A DNA stretch of 63,828 nucleotides, filler included, from Chiloscyllium plagiosum (Eukaryota): assembly GCF_004010195.1 (NCBI RefSeq). It is 3 parts of one record of this genome, joined end to end, with 100 filler letters (N's around TTAATTAATTAA, not from the genome) between each part and the next. Parts side by side here need not be neighbours in the genome. Positions count along the whole stretch, not along the records: positions 29,154 to 60,306 come from NC_057717.1; 2 more parts are not named here. One strand, 5' to 3'. This document shows positions 34,656 through 48,790 of this stretch, piece after piece (positions within the stretch are counted from its first letter, which is position 1; each line of letters starts with the position of its first letter). The notes below the pieces were generated by a model. It worked only from the letters and a program-made list of their open reading frames with translations. It was not told where the DNA came from and made no database searches. A program made the position numbers and the translations under genes.

Positions 34656-35292
34656 GGAGGAGCATGGTTGATCTGTGGTTAGCTCTGCTGCCTCACATCA
34701 CCAAGGAGCTGAGCTCAATTCTAAACTCGGCAAGCCTGTATGTGGAATTTGAACATTCTCCCAGTGTCAGTGTGGGGTTTCATCGAAATGCTCCAGTTTC
34801 ATCCCACAGTCCAAAGATATGTAGCTTAGAGAGGATTTGCCATGCTAGATTGCCCATAGTGCGCAGGGATGTGTAGGTTAGGTGGGTTAGTCATGGGAAA
34901 TACAGGGTTACATCGGTCAGGTCTGGGTTTTTAGATTAGATTACGTACATTGTGGAAACAGGCCCTTCGACCTAACAAGTCCACACCGACCCGCCGAAGC
35001 TTAACCCACCCAGAACCATTCCCCCACATTTCACCCATTCACCTAACGCTACGGGCAAATTAGCATGGCCAATTCACTTAACCTGCACATTCTTAGACTG
35101 TGCACCCGGATGAAACCCACACAGACACAGGGAGAATGTGCAAACTCCACATAGTCAGTCGCCTGAGGCGGGAATTGAACCCGGGTTTGTGGCACTTTGA
35201 GGCAACAGTGCTAACCACTCGCTGGATGCTATTCAATTGGTTGGTATGGACTCAGTTGGGGAGCTGTCCTGCTTCCACATTGTCGAGGATCT
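34656..35292 (+). mobile_element. HE1/V-SINE-type SINE interrupted by a second SINE; duplicated at ~42159-42797
   Basis: tRNA-like head GTGGTTAGC.CTGCTGCCTCAC, V-domain CCCACAGTCCAAAGAT, CR1-like tail resuming at 35220. Confidence 0.8.
34930..35219 (-). mobile_element. HE1/V-SINE-type SINE inserted in opposite orientation; duplicated at ~42437-42723
   Basis: Box B (plus GGGAATTGAACCCGGG), V-domain, tail TGTGGAAACAGGCCCTTCG and (TTAGA)n terminal repeat. Confidence 0.85.
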
Positions 35293-35805
35293 ACAACAAT
35301 GACAACAAGTTTGGACGATACAAACACCCAGTAGTTATCTACCTGATCCACTCTCCTCAAGGTTTTGAATGTTTCAATAAGATTACCTCTAATTCCAAGA
35401 TTCACCTGTTAAAGCCTCCATAATGTAAGCCTTTCATCACTGGAATACACCAACTGTAATATATCTGAACATCTTCCATTGTAACTCTCTCCTTTCTCAA
35501 GTCAGGCGACAAAAATTAATCTTACACTCAGATGAGTTTTATGTTAGTTTCCTCAGCGTTGTGAATCTTGGAGCTCTCTTTCCGCAGAGTATTGGAGGCA
35601 GATAAATTGAATATTTTGAGGCACAGAGAGAAGGTTAATAAATTACAACACAGTCAAGGATTATTGGGCAGGTATGTGCAGTGTGGGGGAAATGCTGACA
35701 GTGGAACAAATGACACTGATCCAGAACATTCAGGAACATAATACAAAACAGAATGATCATATTGATAACAATTTAAAATGCGAACAGTAATAGAATAGAA
35801 TTCCA

Positions 35806-35998
35806 AAGGACCATGGAGCTGCTCTGTCATTACAGAGAGACTAGGCGTGGTGGTTTACCCTGCGGGTCACCACACGTCGGGGATGGGATGAGGTTGAGAG
35901 CATGTCCCCTTCATGGTAACATCTGTCATTGTGGGGGAACTGAACCTGGGATGTTGGCCTCCCTCTGCATCACCAACCAGCCCTCCAGCCAACTGAGT
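35806..35998 (-). mobile_element. Short tRNA-derived SINE; duplicated at ~43311-43503
   Basis: Minus-strand head CTCAGTTGGCTGGA...GGTTCAGTTCC (A/B-box-like). Confidence 0.6.
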
Positions 35999-37304
35999 GG
36001 GAGACTGTGGAACAGTTACGGGCAGAAGCAGTCACAGACTAAGGGCAAGAGAAAATTTCAAAAGTAGGAAAAAGATACAATTCAGATCATGGTCAAGATA
36101 ACTGCTGAGGATAAAAACGATCTTCGCTCGAAATAGTACTTTATAACGAGACAAGTGTTTAGAAGCCGTTTTTGGATGAATATAATATGGTAAGGCAAGT
36201 GAAATAACCGAAATGAGTAATTGTGATTGGTTGCGAAAGCCATAAAATAAGTCTAGATTTTTTATTGGTCATTGTAAAATGTGTTTACCATTACAGAGAC
36301 GTATAAAGCAAATGGAATATATTGTTAGGAGAGTCCGTCCCCGTGGAAGCACCAACGAACAGGCGCTTGAAGAATACCGGGGTATAAGTGCCTGAGTGTC
36401 GTCCGGTCAGTGACAGGAACCCAGGGGGTTGAATGTCTGCAAGTTCCTGTAACATGGAGATGAGAAAATCATCAGATCAGACGCGATATTATTAAATTCT
36501 AGAGCACTTTAGAAGGGCTGAATGGCCTCCTGATGGATTTGAATTGTATGTGATTTGAAAAACATGTATATTTACTCCTTCCCCTTATGTGTTACATACT
36601 GGGGCATTGACATTTTCATTAAAATGTAAAATATTTGAAACATTATCTGGAAAATTCCATAATAATTTTACAACCGTGTGGGAGGATTCCAATGGTATGT
36701 TGTCTGTGTGAGAGAGAGAAGGAAGGGGAGGGAGAGAGAGAGTGACAGAGAGAGAGAAGGAAGGTGTGGCATGCAGCAGTTGAACCATACGACTTGTTCA
36801 GATGNNNNNNNNNNNNNNNNNNNNNNNNNNNNNNNNNNNNNNNNNNNNNNNNNNNNNNNNNNNNNNNNNNNNNNNNNNNNNNNNNNNNNNNNNNNNNNNN
36901 NNNNNNNNNNNNNNNNNNNNNNNNNNNNNNNNNNNNNNNNNNNNNNNNNNNNNNNNNNNNNNNNNNNNNNNNNNNNNNNNNNNNNNNNNNNNNNNNNNNN
37001 NNNNNNNNNNNNNNNNNNNNNNNNNNNNNNNNNNNNNNNNNNNNNNNNNNNNNNNNNNNNNNNNNNNNNNNNNNNNNNNNNNNNNNNNNNNNNNNNNNNN
37101 NNNNNNNNNNNNNNNNNNNNNNNNNNNNNNNNNNNNNNNNNNNNNNNNNNNNNNNNNNNNNNNNNNNNNNNNNNNNNNNNNNNNNNNNNNNNNNNNNNNN
37201 NNNNNNNNNNNNNNNNNNNNNNNNNNNNNNNNNNNNNNNNNNNNNNNNNNNNNNNNNNNNNNNNNNNNNNNNNNNNNNNNNNNNNNNNNNNNNNNNNNNN
37301 NNNN

Positions 37305-40300
37305 TTTCCACATCAGCACGAAGACGTCAGAGTTTGAGCTAGAAGGAAACAGCTTCCCCTGGGACACGGCTTGTTGTGCAGCACAAGTCTTCAGTCCTTT
37401 TGCAGGAATGGGGTCAGGGCCCATTTCCATTGTTGTATCTATTTTTTCTCTTTTTTTTCTTTCTATTTTTTTTCTTTTCTTCTTCTTTTTTTTCTTTCTT
37501 TTATTGGGGTGTGTGTGTATATGTGTGAGACACAGTGAACCTTTGTTGTATCTACCGTGTTCAGCTGTTTATTCATGTCACGTGTAGCGAATCGATTTGA
37601 TAGAATACTGGCGTCTGTGAATTTGTAGGCATCATGAGGAGTCTGGTGTAGATCCTCCACTCCACACTTTTGGCGGCGGATGGTGCAGATACTACATCCT
37701 TGTCTTTTACACTGATGTACAGGGATGTTCCGTTATTTAGGATATGGATATTTGTGGAGTCCACTCCTCCAGTAAGGTGTTTAAAATCCATCGAGATTTA
37801 TTTCTGGATGTTGCAGGACTGTAGAGCTTAGATCTTATCTGTTAGACTTGGGATAATTTATCCCTCACCGCTAGATATTAGGTCTACTGTTTGGAATGTA
37901 ACTAGTCAAGTGGGTTGTCAACAGGTTGAGGTCCACATGATTCTGACCTTGCCAAGTGCAGGCACACTCGCCACTGAACCATAGATCAGCTTGATGGTAA
38001 TCGTAGACTGAAGGATTATCCTGGGGACAAGTTTACAGATTGTGTTTGAATGAAATTCTGCTGCTGCAGCTGCTGTGATCTACAGCACCAGATGAATACC
38101 TAGTTTGAGCCGCATTATCCGCAATTCAATTCGACTGACTACTCCCCAATTCACACCAAGTCCCCTATACCCATTAGCCCTGTACCCAGTTACCTGGTTT
38201 CTGCTGTGGGAACACTTCCATTTTTATATGATCATTCTGCTAAGGGTCACTCCCTGGTGTTACGCCCCCAATTTGTTGCATTACTAAAATACTTTAACAT
38301 ATTCATCTGAATCTTTTCCATTCCTGTAATGTCGTCTTCGCTGTTTGAAGTTAATGTGTTTCCCGCTGTTTCTCTCCCTGACCACAATTAATCACTCTTC
38401 AGTATCCGAGATTTCCGCTTTATGTAGTTTCAGAACCAAGGAATTTGAAATCTTTGCATTATCATTCACTTCCCAACGTATGGTGTTCCGTGTTGGACAG
38501 GGCTTTTGAGCATCTTTGATGAACATTGTTGGAATTCGTTTAAAAACAGGAATTGCTGCAAAAACTAAGCAGGTTTGGCAGCATATTGTGGAGTGAGAGC
38601 AGAGTTAATCTTTCGGGCCCAGAGTCCCTTCTACAAAGCTCCCAATTTCTCCAGCATTTTTGTTTTGAATTTTGTCTCCAGTAACCATCGTTATTGGTTT
38701 AATTGAAAACTTGTGCTTTGCTATTCATTTCTGGAGAACTCGGCAGGTCTGGCAGCATCTGCAGAGTCAGAGAAAAAGAGCTAGCGTTTCAAGCCCAGTG
38801 TGACACTTCTACTGAACTGAAAAGGATTGGAAACTGGGCTTTTGAATCCCTTGTCAGAGGTGGGGGATGGGTGACAGGGAAAAGAGGGCATGGCGAAGGA
38901 TAAACCGGCTTTTAGCAATGATGAATGAGAAGATGATGTAAATTGGTTTAAAATTAAGATGTGAATGGAGGAAATGGAGTTTCCTCTGCTGAGAGTAAGA
39001 TAAAGAAGACGCAAACACACATCGTCATAGGGAGGCCAGGAGGGAGAATGTTGAACATGTAGTCTCATATTGATCTGGCCAGAGATACATTTTCACTGTA
39101 GAAATCATCACCCCTTCAAACAAACGATTTCAGGTTTTTGACGTCTTACTGGTACTAGTCAGAGTTTCATGCTGCATCAGTATTGTAACATGAAGAAAAA
39201 CAAATCACAGTATGAAATTTTGGGTTGAGTGTTGTTTTCCTGTCATTTTTAATATTGTTTCAAATTTGCTGTGGTTATGCTTAAATTATTATTCTTGAAG
39301 TTACTATCACATGGAGTGCAGGAAGTTGAGGGGTGACATTGTAGAAGTTTATAAAATCATGGGAGGCATGGATAAAGAGAATAGCCAAAGTCTTTTCCAA
39401 AGGATAGGGGAATTCAAACAAAGAGGGCACAGCTTTAAGATGAAAGGGGAAGATATAAAAGGGACAAGGTGCAACTATTTCACGGAGAGGGTGATATTTG
39501 TATGGAATGACCTGCCAGTAGTTGATGCAAATGCAGTTACGACATTTCAAAGACATTTGTACAAATATGCGATTGGGAGATATTTTGAGGCATATGGGCA
39601 AATGCAAGGAGATGGGACTTGTTTAGATTGGACAACCTGGTCAGCATGAACAAGATGAAACAAAGGTTCTGTTTGTGTGCTAAATCACTGTATGAATCTA
39701 GAAAGGGAGGGAAAAGGAAGAAAACATATGACGTAAGCAAATTGGCAAAACAATATAAAAATAGGCATCACCAGCTTTTCGGAGTATATTAAAAAGTCGT
39801 TCAGGATGAGTGTGTAACCTTTGGTAGAAATGAAGTGAGGAAAGTGTATTGAGCATATTTGGATGGTGTGACTGGGGAATTGGCCAGAGGTGAAAATGTG
39901 TTGCTGGAAAAGCGCAGCAGGTCAGGCAGCATCCAAGGAACAGGAGAATCGACGTTTCGGGCATAAGCCCTTGCTCAGGAATTGGCCAGAGGGAACAGAC
40001 AGATCATTTACACTAGTATTTTACATCATCCTTCACACGGGAAGGCACTGTAAGCATTTCAGTGATATGAACAAAATGGTAATAGGAAGGAAGTTCATGA
40101 ACTGCCTCTATCAAAAGGAATAAGGTTTTTAACAAACAGATAAGATTAAGGGTAGACAGGTCAACAGTAATTCATAGTTGGTTTTAAAAGAAATGGTTAC
40201 AGAGTGACCAGTGGCTCTGTGTGATGTATTCTATAACTCTTTGGATTACAGGGGTAGTCCAGTGAAATTGGAAAATCTCCAATGTGGCGCCTATCTTCAA

Positions 40301-43300
40301 CAAAGGAGCGAGACTGAAAGCTGGAACCATTTACCCTCAGCATTATTGCTGGGAATGTGTTAGAGTCTGTTATTAAGGAAAGAATTGCTGGACATTCAGA
40401 AAAGCTTCACGCAGAGTCAGCATGGTTTTGTGAATGTGAATCTATATTTTGCCCTGTAAAATCACGCAAAGTTTTTTTTTCTGGCGATCCCTGAGAATGT
40501 AATATGCGCACTTGCTGGTAGACACGAGGCTTTCCAGAGATTTTCCACGAGATAGCACAAATTAAACGTTTTTACACAAGACAGGGGGTCATAGGATGAT
40601 GGAATATGTATTAGCATGAAATAACGATTGGGTAACAAAAAAATCGGACAGTCAGGATTCATCGATCTTTCTGATAAAAAAAAATCTACTGCAGTACCAC
40701 AAATATCAGTACGACGGTTTCAGTCGTACAACCTATACTGACAGCGTGATGGCAGGAGTTGGGTGCAATATCCATCCAAGTTTGAGGATGACATTGAGAA
40801 GCAAAAGGCAGATATTTTTATTTAATAAAGAGGACTCCCAAACTAAAGAGCAGTGCAAAGATATTGGAGTGTTCTTGTGTATGAAACATAACGTCAGCAC
40901 ACGATGCAGCAAGAAATTCGGCTGGTTCATTCGGTGCAATCCTGGGATGAAAGGATTGAATTATTGCGTACATCTAAAATGGTGAGGCATTATTCTTTGT
41001 GGTTGAAATGAAATAGAGTGATATTACTGAAACGTACAAGATACAGTGGAGGCTTGACAAGGTAAATTCTGAGAATATGGTTCCACTCCTAGGCAAAGTT
41101 TCGAACACGGGGACATAGATACAGAATAAGAGATATCGATTTCCAAATGAGATGTAGAGAAATGTATTCTTTCAGACGGCAGTGAATGTCTGGATGTCCC
41201 TAAGCCACGTTGTGTAGTCTGAGTCACTGCATGCATTTACAGAACAGGGTGGATTGGTTTTTGACGTATCAGCAAGTTGAGGGATACGAGGGGTTAGCAG
41301 GCCATTGGAGGTGAGCATTGGATTCGATCAGCCATGTTCTTAATGAATAACAGGGCAGACTTGAGGTGGCGAATAGCCTGCTCCTCTTCCTATTTCTTAC
41401 ATTTTTATGCATTGCTTTTGGAAAGAAACTGGTTATTTTCTTGGAAGTCGTGTTGCACAATGTTGCATTCAGGGAGAGAAATTGATTTGTTTCAGTTAAC
41501 CCTCTGTGGGGTATAGGGGTTGTATACACAGTGAATCTGGGTCTGTAACATGACCCACATCTAGAGCAGAAGTTACAAACAGATTGAAAAGCCTGGAAAG
41601 AGGGATTAGGTTTGCAAGTCACTTCCTGACCGATCCCGGATTTTCCAAGTACAATTTTCAAAACTGCACCGAACCATCGGTATGACCTCGATCTGCCCCT
41701 GTGTAGCAGGTCCGAAGGGCTGAATGGAACAACAGAACAGAGGGCTGAGGGACTCGAGCAGGCCGTTCGGCCCTTTGACACTACTCCACGAGTAAATAAG
41801 GTCGTGTCTCATCTCCTTGTGGTCCCAGCTGCACTTTTTTCTCCATGCACCATTATCCCTGATTCACCTGTCTGTGGACAATCAGACGAAGCCAGCCTCG
41901 ATATAATATCGAGGTTCAGCCATCCCAAACATCTGCGTGACTTTCTCTTCGTGACTTTCTCCTCACTCCGGTTCTGAGATTGGAGGGTGTCACTGTTTCC
42001 TTTACCAGTCCCTCTCCTCCACTGTCCACAACAAATTTGAAATGTAACCAGACTGCTGATATGGCTGATGGTAAAGTTCTCAGACTGGGTCAGTTTCATT
42101 GATAGGACCAAGTCAGGACGAGTTTTTTAGTCAGACACAAGTAACTAATATATCTAATGGAGGAGCATGGTTGATATGTGGTTAGCTCTGCTGCCTCACA
42201 TCACCAAGTTGCTGAGCTCAATTCCAAACTCGGGCAAGCCTGTATGTGGAATTTGAACATTCTCCCGGTGTCAGTGTGGGGGTTTCCTCGAAATGCTCCA
42301 GTTTCATCCCACAGTCCAAAGATAAGTAGCTTAGAGAGGATTTGCCATGCTAGATTGCCCATAGTGCGCAGGGATGTGTAGGTTAGGTGGGTTAGTCATG
42401 GGAAATACAGGGTTAATCGGGTCAGGTCTGGGTTTTTAGATTAGATTACTTACATTGTGGAAACAGGCCCTTCGACCTAACAAGTCCACACCGACCCGCC
42501 AAAGCGCAACCCACCCAGAACCATTCCCCAACATTTCACTCATTCACCTAAAGCTACGGGCAAATTAGCATGGCCAATTCACCTAACCTGCACATTTTTA
42601 GACTGTGCACCCGGAGGAAACCCACGCAGACACAGGGAGAATGTGAAAACTCCACACAGTCAGTCGCCTGACCCGGAATTGAACCCGGGTTTGTGGCACG
42701 TTGAGGCAACAGTGCTAACCACTCGCTGGATGCTATTCAATTGGTTGGTATGGACTCAGTTGGGGAGCTGTCCTGCTTCCACATTGTCGAGGTTCTATAA
42801 CAATGACATCAAGTTTGGACTATACAAACACCCAGTAGTTATCTACCTGATCCACTCTCCTCAAGGTTTTGAATGTTTCAATAAGATCATCTCTAATTCC
42901 AAGATTCACCTGTTAAAGCCTCCATAATGTAAGCCTTTCATCACTGGAATACACCAACTGCAATATATCTGAACATCTTCCATTGTAACTCTCTCCTTTC
43001 TCAAGTCAGGCGACAAAAAATAATCTTACACTCAGATGATTTTTATGTCAGTTTCCTCAGCGTTGTGAGTCTTGGAGCTCTCTTTCCCGCAGAGTATTTG
43101 AGGCAGATAAATTGAATATTTTGAGGCACAGAGAGAAGGTTAATAAATTACAACACAGTCAAGGATTATTGGGCAGGTATGTGCAGTGTGGGGGAAATAC
43201 TGACAGTGGAACAAATGACACTGTTCCAGAACATTCAGGAACATAATGCAAAACAAAATGATCATATTGATAACAATTTAAAATGCGAACAGTAATAGAA

Positions 43301-44310
43301 TAGAATTCCAAAGGACCATGGAGCTGCTCTGGCATTACAGAGAGACTAGGCGTGGTGGTTTACCCTGCGGGTCACCACACGTCGGGGATGGGATGAGGTT
43401 GAGAGCATGTCCCCTTCATGGTAACCTCTGTCATTGTGAGGGAACTGAACCTGGGATGTTGGCCTCCCTCTGCATCACAAACCAGCCCTCCAGCCAACTG
43501 AGTGGGAGACTGTGGAACAGTTACAGGCAGAAGCAGTCACAGACTAAGGGCAAGAGAAAATTCCAAAAGTCGGAAAAAGGTACAATTCAGATCATGGTCA
43601 AGATAACGGCTGAGGATAAAAACGATCTTCGCTCGAAATAGTACTTTATAACGAGACAAGTGGTTAGAAGCCGTTTTTGGATGAATACAATATGGTGAGG
43701 CAAGTGAAATAACCGAAATGAGTAATTGTGATTGGTTGCGAAAGCCATAAAATAAGTCTAGATGTTTTACTGGTCATTGTAAAATGTGTTTACCATTACA
43801 GAGACGTATAAAGCAAATGGAATATATTGTTAGGAGAGTCCGCCCCGGGGAAGCACCATCGAATAGGCGCTTGAAAAATACTGGGGTAAAAGTGCCTGAG
43901 TGTCGGCCGGTCAGTGACAGGAACCCAGGGGGTTGAATGTCTGCAAGTTCCTGTAACATGGAGATGAGAAAATCATCAGAGCAGACGCGATATTATTAAA
44001 TACTAGAGCACTTTAGAAAGGCTGAATAGCCTCCTGATGGATTTGAAGTGTATGTGATTTGAAAAACATACACATTTACTCCTTCCCCTTATGTGTGCCA
44101 TACTGGGGCATTGACATTTTCATGAAAATGGAAATTATTTGGAACATTATCTGGAAAATTCCATAATTAGAATTCTCTGGAATATTTTACCACCGTGTGG
44201 GAGGATTCCAATAGTGTGTTGTCTGTGTGAGAGAGAGAGGGAAGGGGAGGGGGAGAGAGAGTGTGTGTGAGAGAGAAGGAAGGTGTGGCATGCAGCAGTT
44301 GAACCATACG
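37305..44310 (+). repeat. Copy 2 of the ~7.5-kb tandem duplication
   Basis: Colinear with 29825-36804, with scattered substitutions and indels throughout. Confidence 0.97.
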
Positions 44311-44543
44311 ACTTTTTCGGAGGTAAATACTGTAACAGAAATACAGTGTCTGTCATGGAGCGAATATTTTACCACCGTGTGGGAGGATTCCAATGGTGTG
44401 TTGTCTGTGTGAGAGAGAGAGGGAAGGGGAGGGAGAGAGAGTGTGTGTGTGAGAGAGAAGGAAGGTGTGGCATTCAGCAGTTGAACCATACGACTTGTTC
44501 GGAGGTAAATACTGTAACAGAAATACAGTGTCTGTCATGGAGC
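44180..44543 (+). repeat. Two tandem copies of a ~182-bp unit; a partial copy at 36670-36804
   Basis: GAATATTTTACCACCGTGTGGGAGGATTCCAAT at 44180 and 44362. Confidence 0.92.
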
Positions 44544-45419
44544 GGACAGAATACGGTAACCCTTATCCTAACAGAGCGGGGAAGATTATTGATGCTTGCC
44601 TTGTATTGCTGGACATTTCTTCAGACTGCAGATACTGCACTGTAGTGGGTGGAGAGCTCAGACCATGTTCGGTGGCTTTGGTGGTGTGCACCCCCCCGGG
44701 AAGTGAATGGTTCCCCCTCAGTACTAGCCCATTCATTAGGACCTCCATGTCCCTGTCGACAAACCGTAGTATGATTGCCCCTTATCTGCCACGCTCGGGG
44801 TAAACTGTGCAGAGCAGCTCCAAACTGAGAAAGCTCAACCATGTGCACAGTGACCTTTTAAAAATGGCACCAGTGCCTGGGATCACGGAATATCCAGGTG
44901 TATCCTGGCGATGGTGAGTACTTTCAGCCATCATGGATGGGAGAATCGGGCTGGCATTGAATGAGAGGGGTAAAATGGCGTGAGGTGGATAGTTAATGAG
45001 GTGAGTTTGATAAGATAGCACCAGGAAACTAGTTCAGCCTCGTGCAGACAATCCGTCTGTCACACTCAATGTATACTGACTCATGTTGCAGGATGCAATC
45101 GAAATTTCTGCATTTCAGCATTCTGAAACATATTTTTCCATAACATTTCTTTCGATCTTCCCCTCTATGTCTATACCCAAATATGGTGTCATTTAAACTG
45201 ATTCGTCCGCAATCTCTCTCTCTGTCAGTGAGTTTTATTCCCACAGCAACCCTGTGTCATTGCACCACGGAGATATGGAGCTGTAAATGGATGGGAACTG
45301 CACATCCTGTCACTTTCCCCTGCAAGTTTCCCCACCCTGGGCAGTGATCTACGAGAGAGTTACTGAGCAATGCACTTGGGTGGTGGACACAGCACTACAT
45401 GCAGGTAGGGCAATTGCTC

Positions 45420-45920
45420 CTGGTTTACAGTTCAATGCACTGGGGTCGTGTACACAGCTCTACATCCTGCGAGGGTAACTGCTCCTGGTTTACAGATATA
45501 TTCACCAGTGATCACTGCACAACTACCTGTGCTAGTCAAAATATCTGATTGAGTTTTCTAGATCAATAAACTGCTGTGGTGTGCAAGCTCACCGTGCTGG
45601 ACATATATCTAGTCCGTGTTTATCGATCAATGTTCTTCTGTGGTCTGCACAGCTCCGCGTGCTGGACAGATATCTAGTCCGGGTTTTTAGATCAATGCAC
45701 TGCTGTGGTCTGCGCAGCTCACCGTGCTGGACAGATATCTGGTCCAGGTTTATAGATCAACGCTCTGATATGATCTATGCAGTGTTTCACTCCAGACAGA
45801 TTGCTGGATTTTATTGACCAGTGCAAAGAATGAATCTGCACACAATGTTCCAATCTGGACTGATTGCTGGGTTGTACTGAGCAGTACACTAGCCTGGTTT
45901 ACACAATGTTCCACTGTGAG
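45420..45920 (+). repeat. ~64-bp minisatellite, best conserved at 45560-45760
   Basis: GATCAA...CTGTGGT.TGC..AGCTC...GTGCTGGACA.ATATCT.GTCC recurs at ~64-bp spacing. Confidence 0.8.
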
Positions 45921-46489
45921 CATATATCTCCTTTAGTTTTATTGTGTCTGGGCTGGTTCTGGAGGTGGATTGAGATTGTGATACAACTACCATTTCTGCT
46001 GATCTGGCAATGCCTTTCACCACAGGTTCACGGTTACCCACGTTATATTCGATCTACCAAGTTGTTGTCTATTGCATAGACATTTACATATTCTCTACGT
46101 CCTCTTGATAATTTCAGTCCCTGCCTAACCTGGTGTAAATTTAAATTTAGTTAGAACACATTTGTTCCTATTCTGGACACCGTTGATATATTTTGCAAAT
46201 AGTTGATGGCCCAGCACTGGTCTCTGTGTCATAGCAGTCGTAAATTTGTGTTAAACTGATAGAGACTGATTGCTCCCTAATTTATCCCTGCTCCTGGCTC
46301 AATAAACAGCCCTCCCTGTATTCCTGTGCAGCAGCTTTGAAAGGCTGAATGTTCCCTTCCATTTCCTGTGTAACAGGTATGAGAGATTAAAAGATCTGCT
46401 CCAATTGCTGAGTAACAGCCTCCAATGGCCAAATGGCCTCATTCTGTTCCTGTTTAAAACTCTTGATGGGCTGAATAGCCTGCTTCAGG

Positions 46490-47400
46490 ACAGGTGTAGT
46501 TGGGAATGGTGCAGAACATTTCGGAACCATCAGTGAACAGCCCACTTCTGACTTTATGATGGAGAGAAGGCCATTGATGCTACAGCTGCTGATAACCCAC
46601 AGTGCCTCATGGATGTCCACCTTCCATTTGCTCAATCCTTTAGATGTATATACTACTTCACAAGAGACAATGTCACGTAACACAGTGGACAATATCTTCA
46701 ATTTGAGGCTCAGACTTCCCCTCTGCCAGGACTGTGTGCTGGCTGCTCATACAGATAATGTCAGGGACAGATTCATCTGGGATAATGAGTTTGGTGAGAA
46801 TGTTTCCCTCTTGTTAGTTCCCCCATCACATCCCCCAGTCTGGCTGCTGTATATTAGAGGCCTCTCCGTGTTCAGTCAGTGGTGGGCCTGTGGAGACACT
46901 CTTGGTAATGGGATAATGAGTTTGGTGAGAATGTTTCCCTCTTGTTAGTTCCCCCATCACTTCCCCCAGTCTGGCTGCTGTATATTAGAGGCCTGTCCGT
47001 GTTCAGTCAGTGGTGGGCCTGTGGAGACACTCTTGGTAATGAACAATGAAGTCCCACACACAGAGTACGCTTTGTGTTTTTGTCACCCTCAGTGCTACCT
47101 CTGAATTGTTTTCAACATTGAGGGGAACTGAGTTATCGCCAAGGCGTGGAGTTGGCGGCAGGAGATTTCCATCCTCAGGTGCTTTCTTTGACCATCTGTG
47201 ACCTGTTCCCATGAGTTACACAGGTTATGGAATTTATATTGAGGAATTCCAAGATAGTTCTTTCCCTGACTGTATCCCAGGGTGTCTCCACCACTGGTGA
47301 GTATGTCCTGCTAGTGGGTCTGGATAAAGCCAGGGATGGTGACGGGGCTTCATGAAACATTACTCATCAGGCCTGATTCTGTGAATATGATGGTGTCAGA
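46490..47400 (-). mobile_element. Degenerate LINE endonuclease-region fragment containing a ~131-bp tandem duplication (46779-47040)
   Basis: WDFIVHYQECL resembles the APE motif GDFNVHHQEWL; direct repeat GGGATAATGAGTTTGGTGAGAATG at ~46778 and 46910. Confidence 0.6.
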
Positions 47401-47414
47401 CTGTTTCCTGACCG

Positions 47415-48790
47415 GGAGCGTGTTGCTGGAAAACCACAGCAGGTCAGGCAGCATCCGAGGAGCAGGGAATCGACGTTTCGAGCATAACCATTTCATCAGG
47501 AATGAGGCTTCTGGGCCGGGCGTCTGAGAGGTAAATGGGAGGAGGGCGGAATGGAGAGAAGGCAGCTGAGAATATAAGTGGCAGATGGAGGTAGATTTAA
47601 TAGTGATCGGTCCGACAGGAGGGTAGAGCGGATAGGTGGGAAAGGCGATGAATAGTTCAAGCTGGTGGTGCAGAGTTGGAGGCTTTAGAATGGGATATGA
47701 TGGGGCGAGGGGAAATGAGGAAACCAGCGAAATCCACATTAAGCCTGTGTGGTTACATGGTGCCAAGACGGAATATGAGGCACTGTTCTTCCAGGCGTTG
47801 GGTGGTAATGGTTTTGCGACGGAGGAGGCCCAGGACCTATATGTCCTCGGCAGATTGGGAGGGGGAGCTGAAGTGTTCAGCTACGGGTCTGTTTGGTGCA
47901 GGTATCCCAGAGATGTTCTCTGAAACAATCTGCAAGTTGGCGTCCGGCCTCCCGACGTATAGGAGAGCACAACTGGTGCAATGGATACAATCGATGACAT
48001 TAGTGGAGGTACAGGTAAATTGCTGACCGTCGTGGAAGGACGCTTAGGGATGACAGACAGAGGTCGGGGGAAGATTTGGGAACAGGCTTTGCACTTCTTG
48101 CGGTGGCAGGGAAAGGTGTTGGGATTGGGGTGAGGGCTGGTGTGAGGCACAGTGTGAGTCACGGAAGAAATCGTCTCTCTGGAATGCTGACAGGTGTGCG
48201 GAGGGAAACATATCCCTCATGGTGGGGTCTGTTAGTAGGTGGTGGAAATACCGGCGGTTGATATGGTGTATATGAAGGTTGGTGGGTGATAGGTGAGGAC
48301 GAGGAGTTTCTGTCCTTCTTGCATTGTGAAGGGTGGGGTTAGAGGGCGGAGCTACAGGAAGTGGAGGAGATGTGCTGATGGACCACGTGGGTGGGAAAAT
48401 TGCCGCCTTGGATGAAGAATGCCATCTGGGATGTTCTCAGTTGGAATTGGATCTCCTGGGGGCAGGTGCAGTGGTGGCCGAGCAATTGGGAGTAAGGGAT
48501 GTTGCTTTTACAGGAGTTAGGATCAGTAGGTGTAGTACAGGTAGTTGTAGGATTCGGTGGGAGTGTAGTAGAATTCTGTCGTTAGTCCGTCGCCAGAGAT
48601 GGATATGGAGGCGTCCAGGAAGGGGAGGGAGGTGTCCGAGATAGTCCAAGTGAACTAGAGGTCAGAGTGGAATGTGTTGGTGAAGTTGATTAACTGTTCA
48701 ACCTCCGCATGGGAGCACGAGGAATCGATACAGTCACCAATAAAATGGAAGAAAAGGTGGGGGGTGGGGGTGGATGGTGCTGATGTCGCT
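47415..48790 (-). mobile_element. Penelope-like element: RT C-terminus, GIY-YIG endonuclease and 3' end (decayed)
   Basis: FIGDCI...EQLINFTNTFH (YIDD-type RT motif); TFPCHRKKCKAC; FTCTSTNVIDCIHCTSCALLYVG; terminal hammerhead-like core at 47468-47503. Confidence 0.85.

Larger units (their letters stand above)
29825..36804 (+). repeat. Copy 1 of a ~7.5-kb tandem duplication
   Basis: Colinear with 37305-44310 at offset ~7480-7505 (e.g. 29831/37309, 35813/43318). Confidence 0.97.

Noticed and set aside
35160..35219. tRNA gene
   Set aside because: It is the tRNA-derived head of a SINE, continuous with the V-domain and tail.
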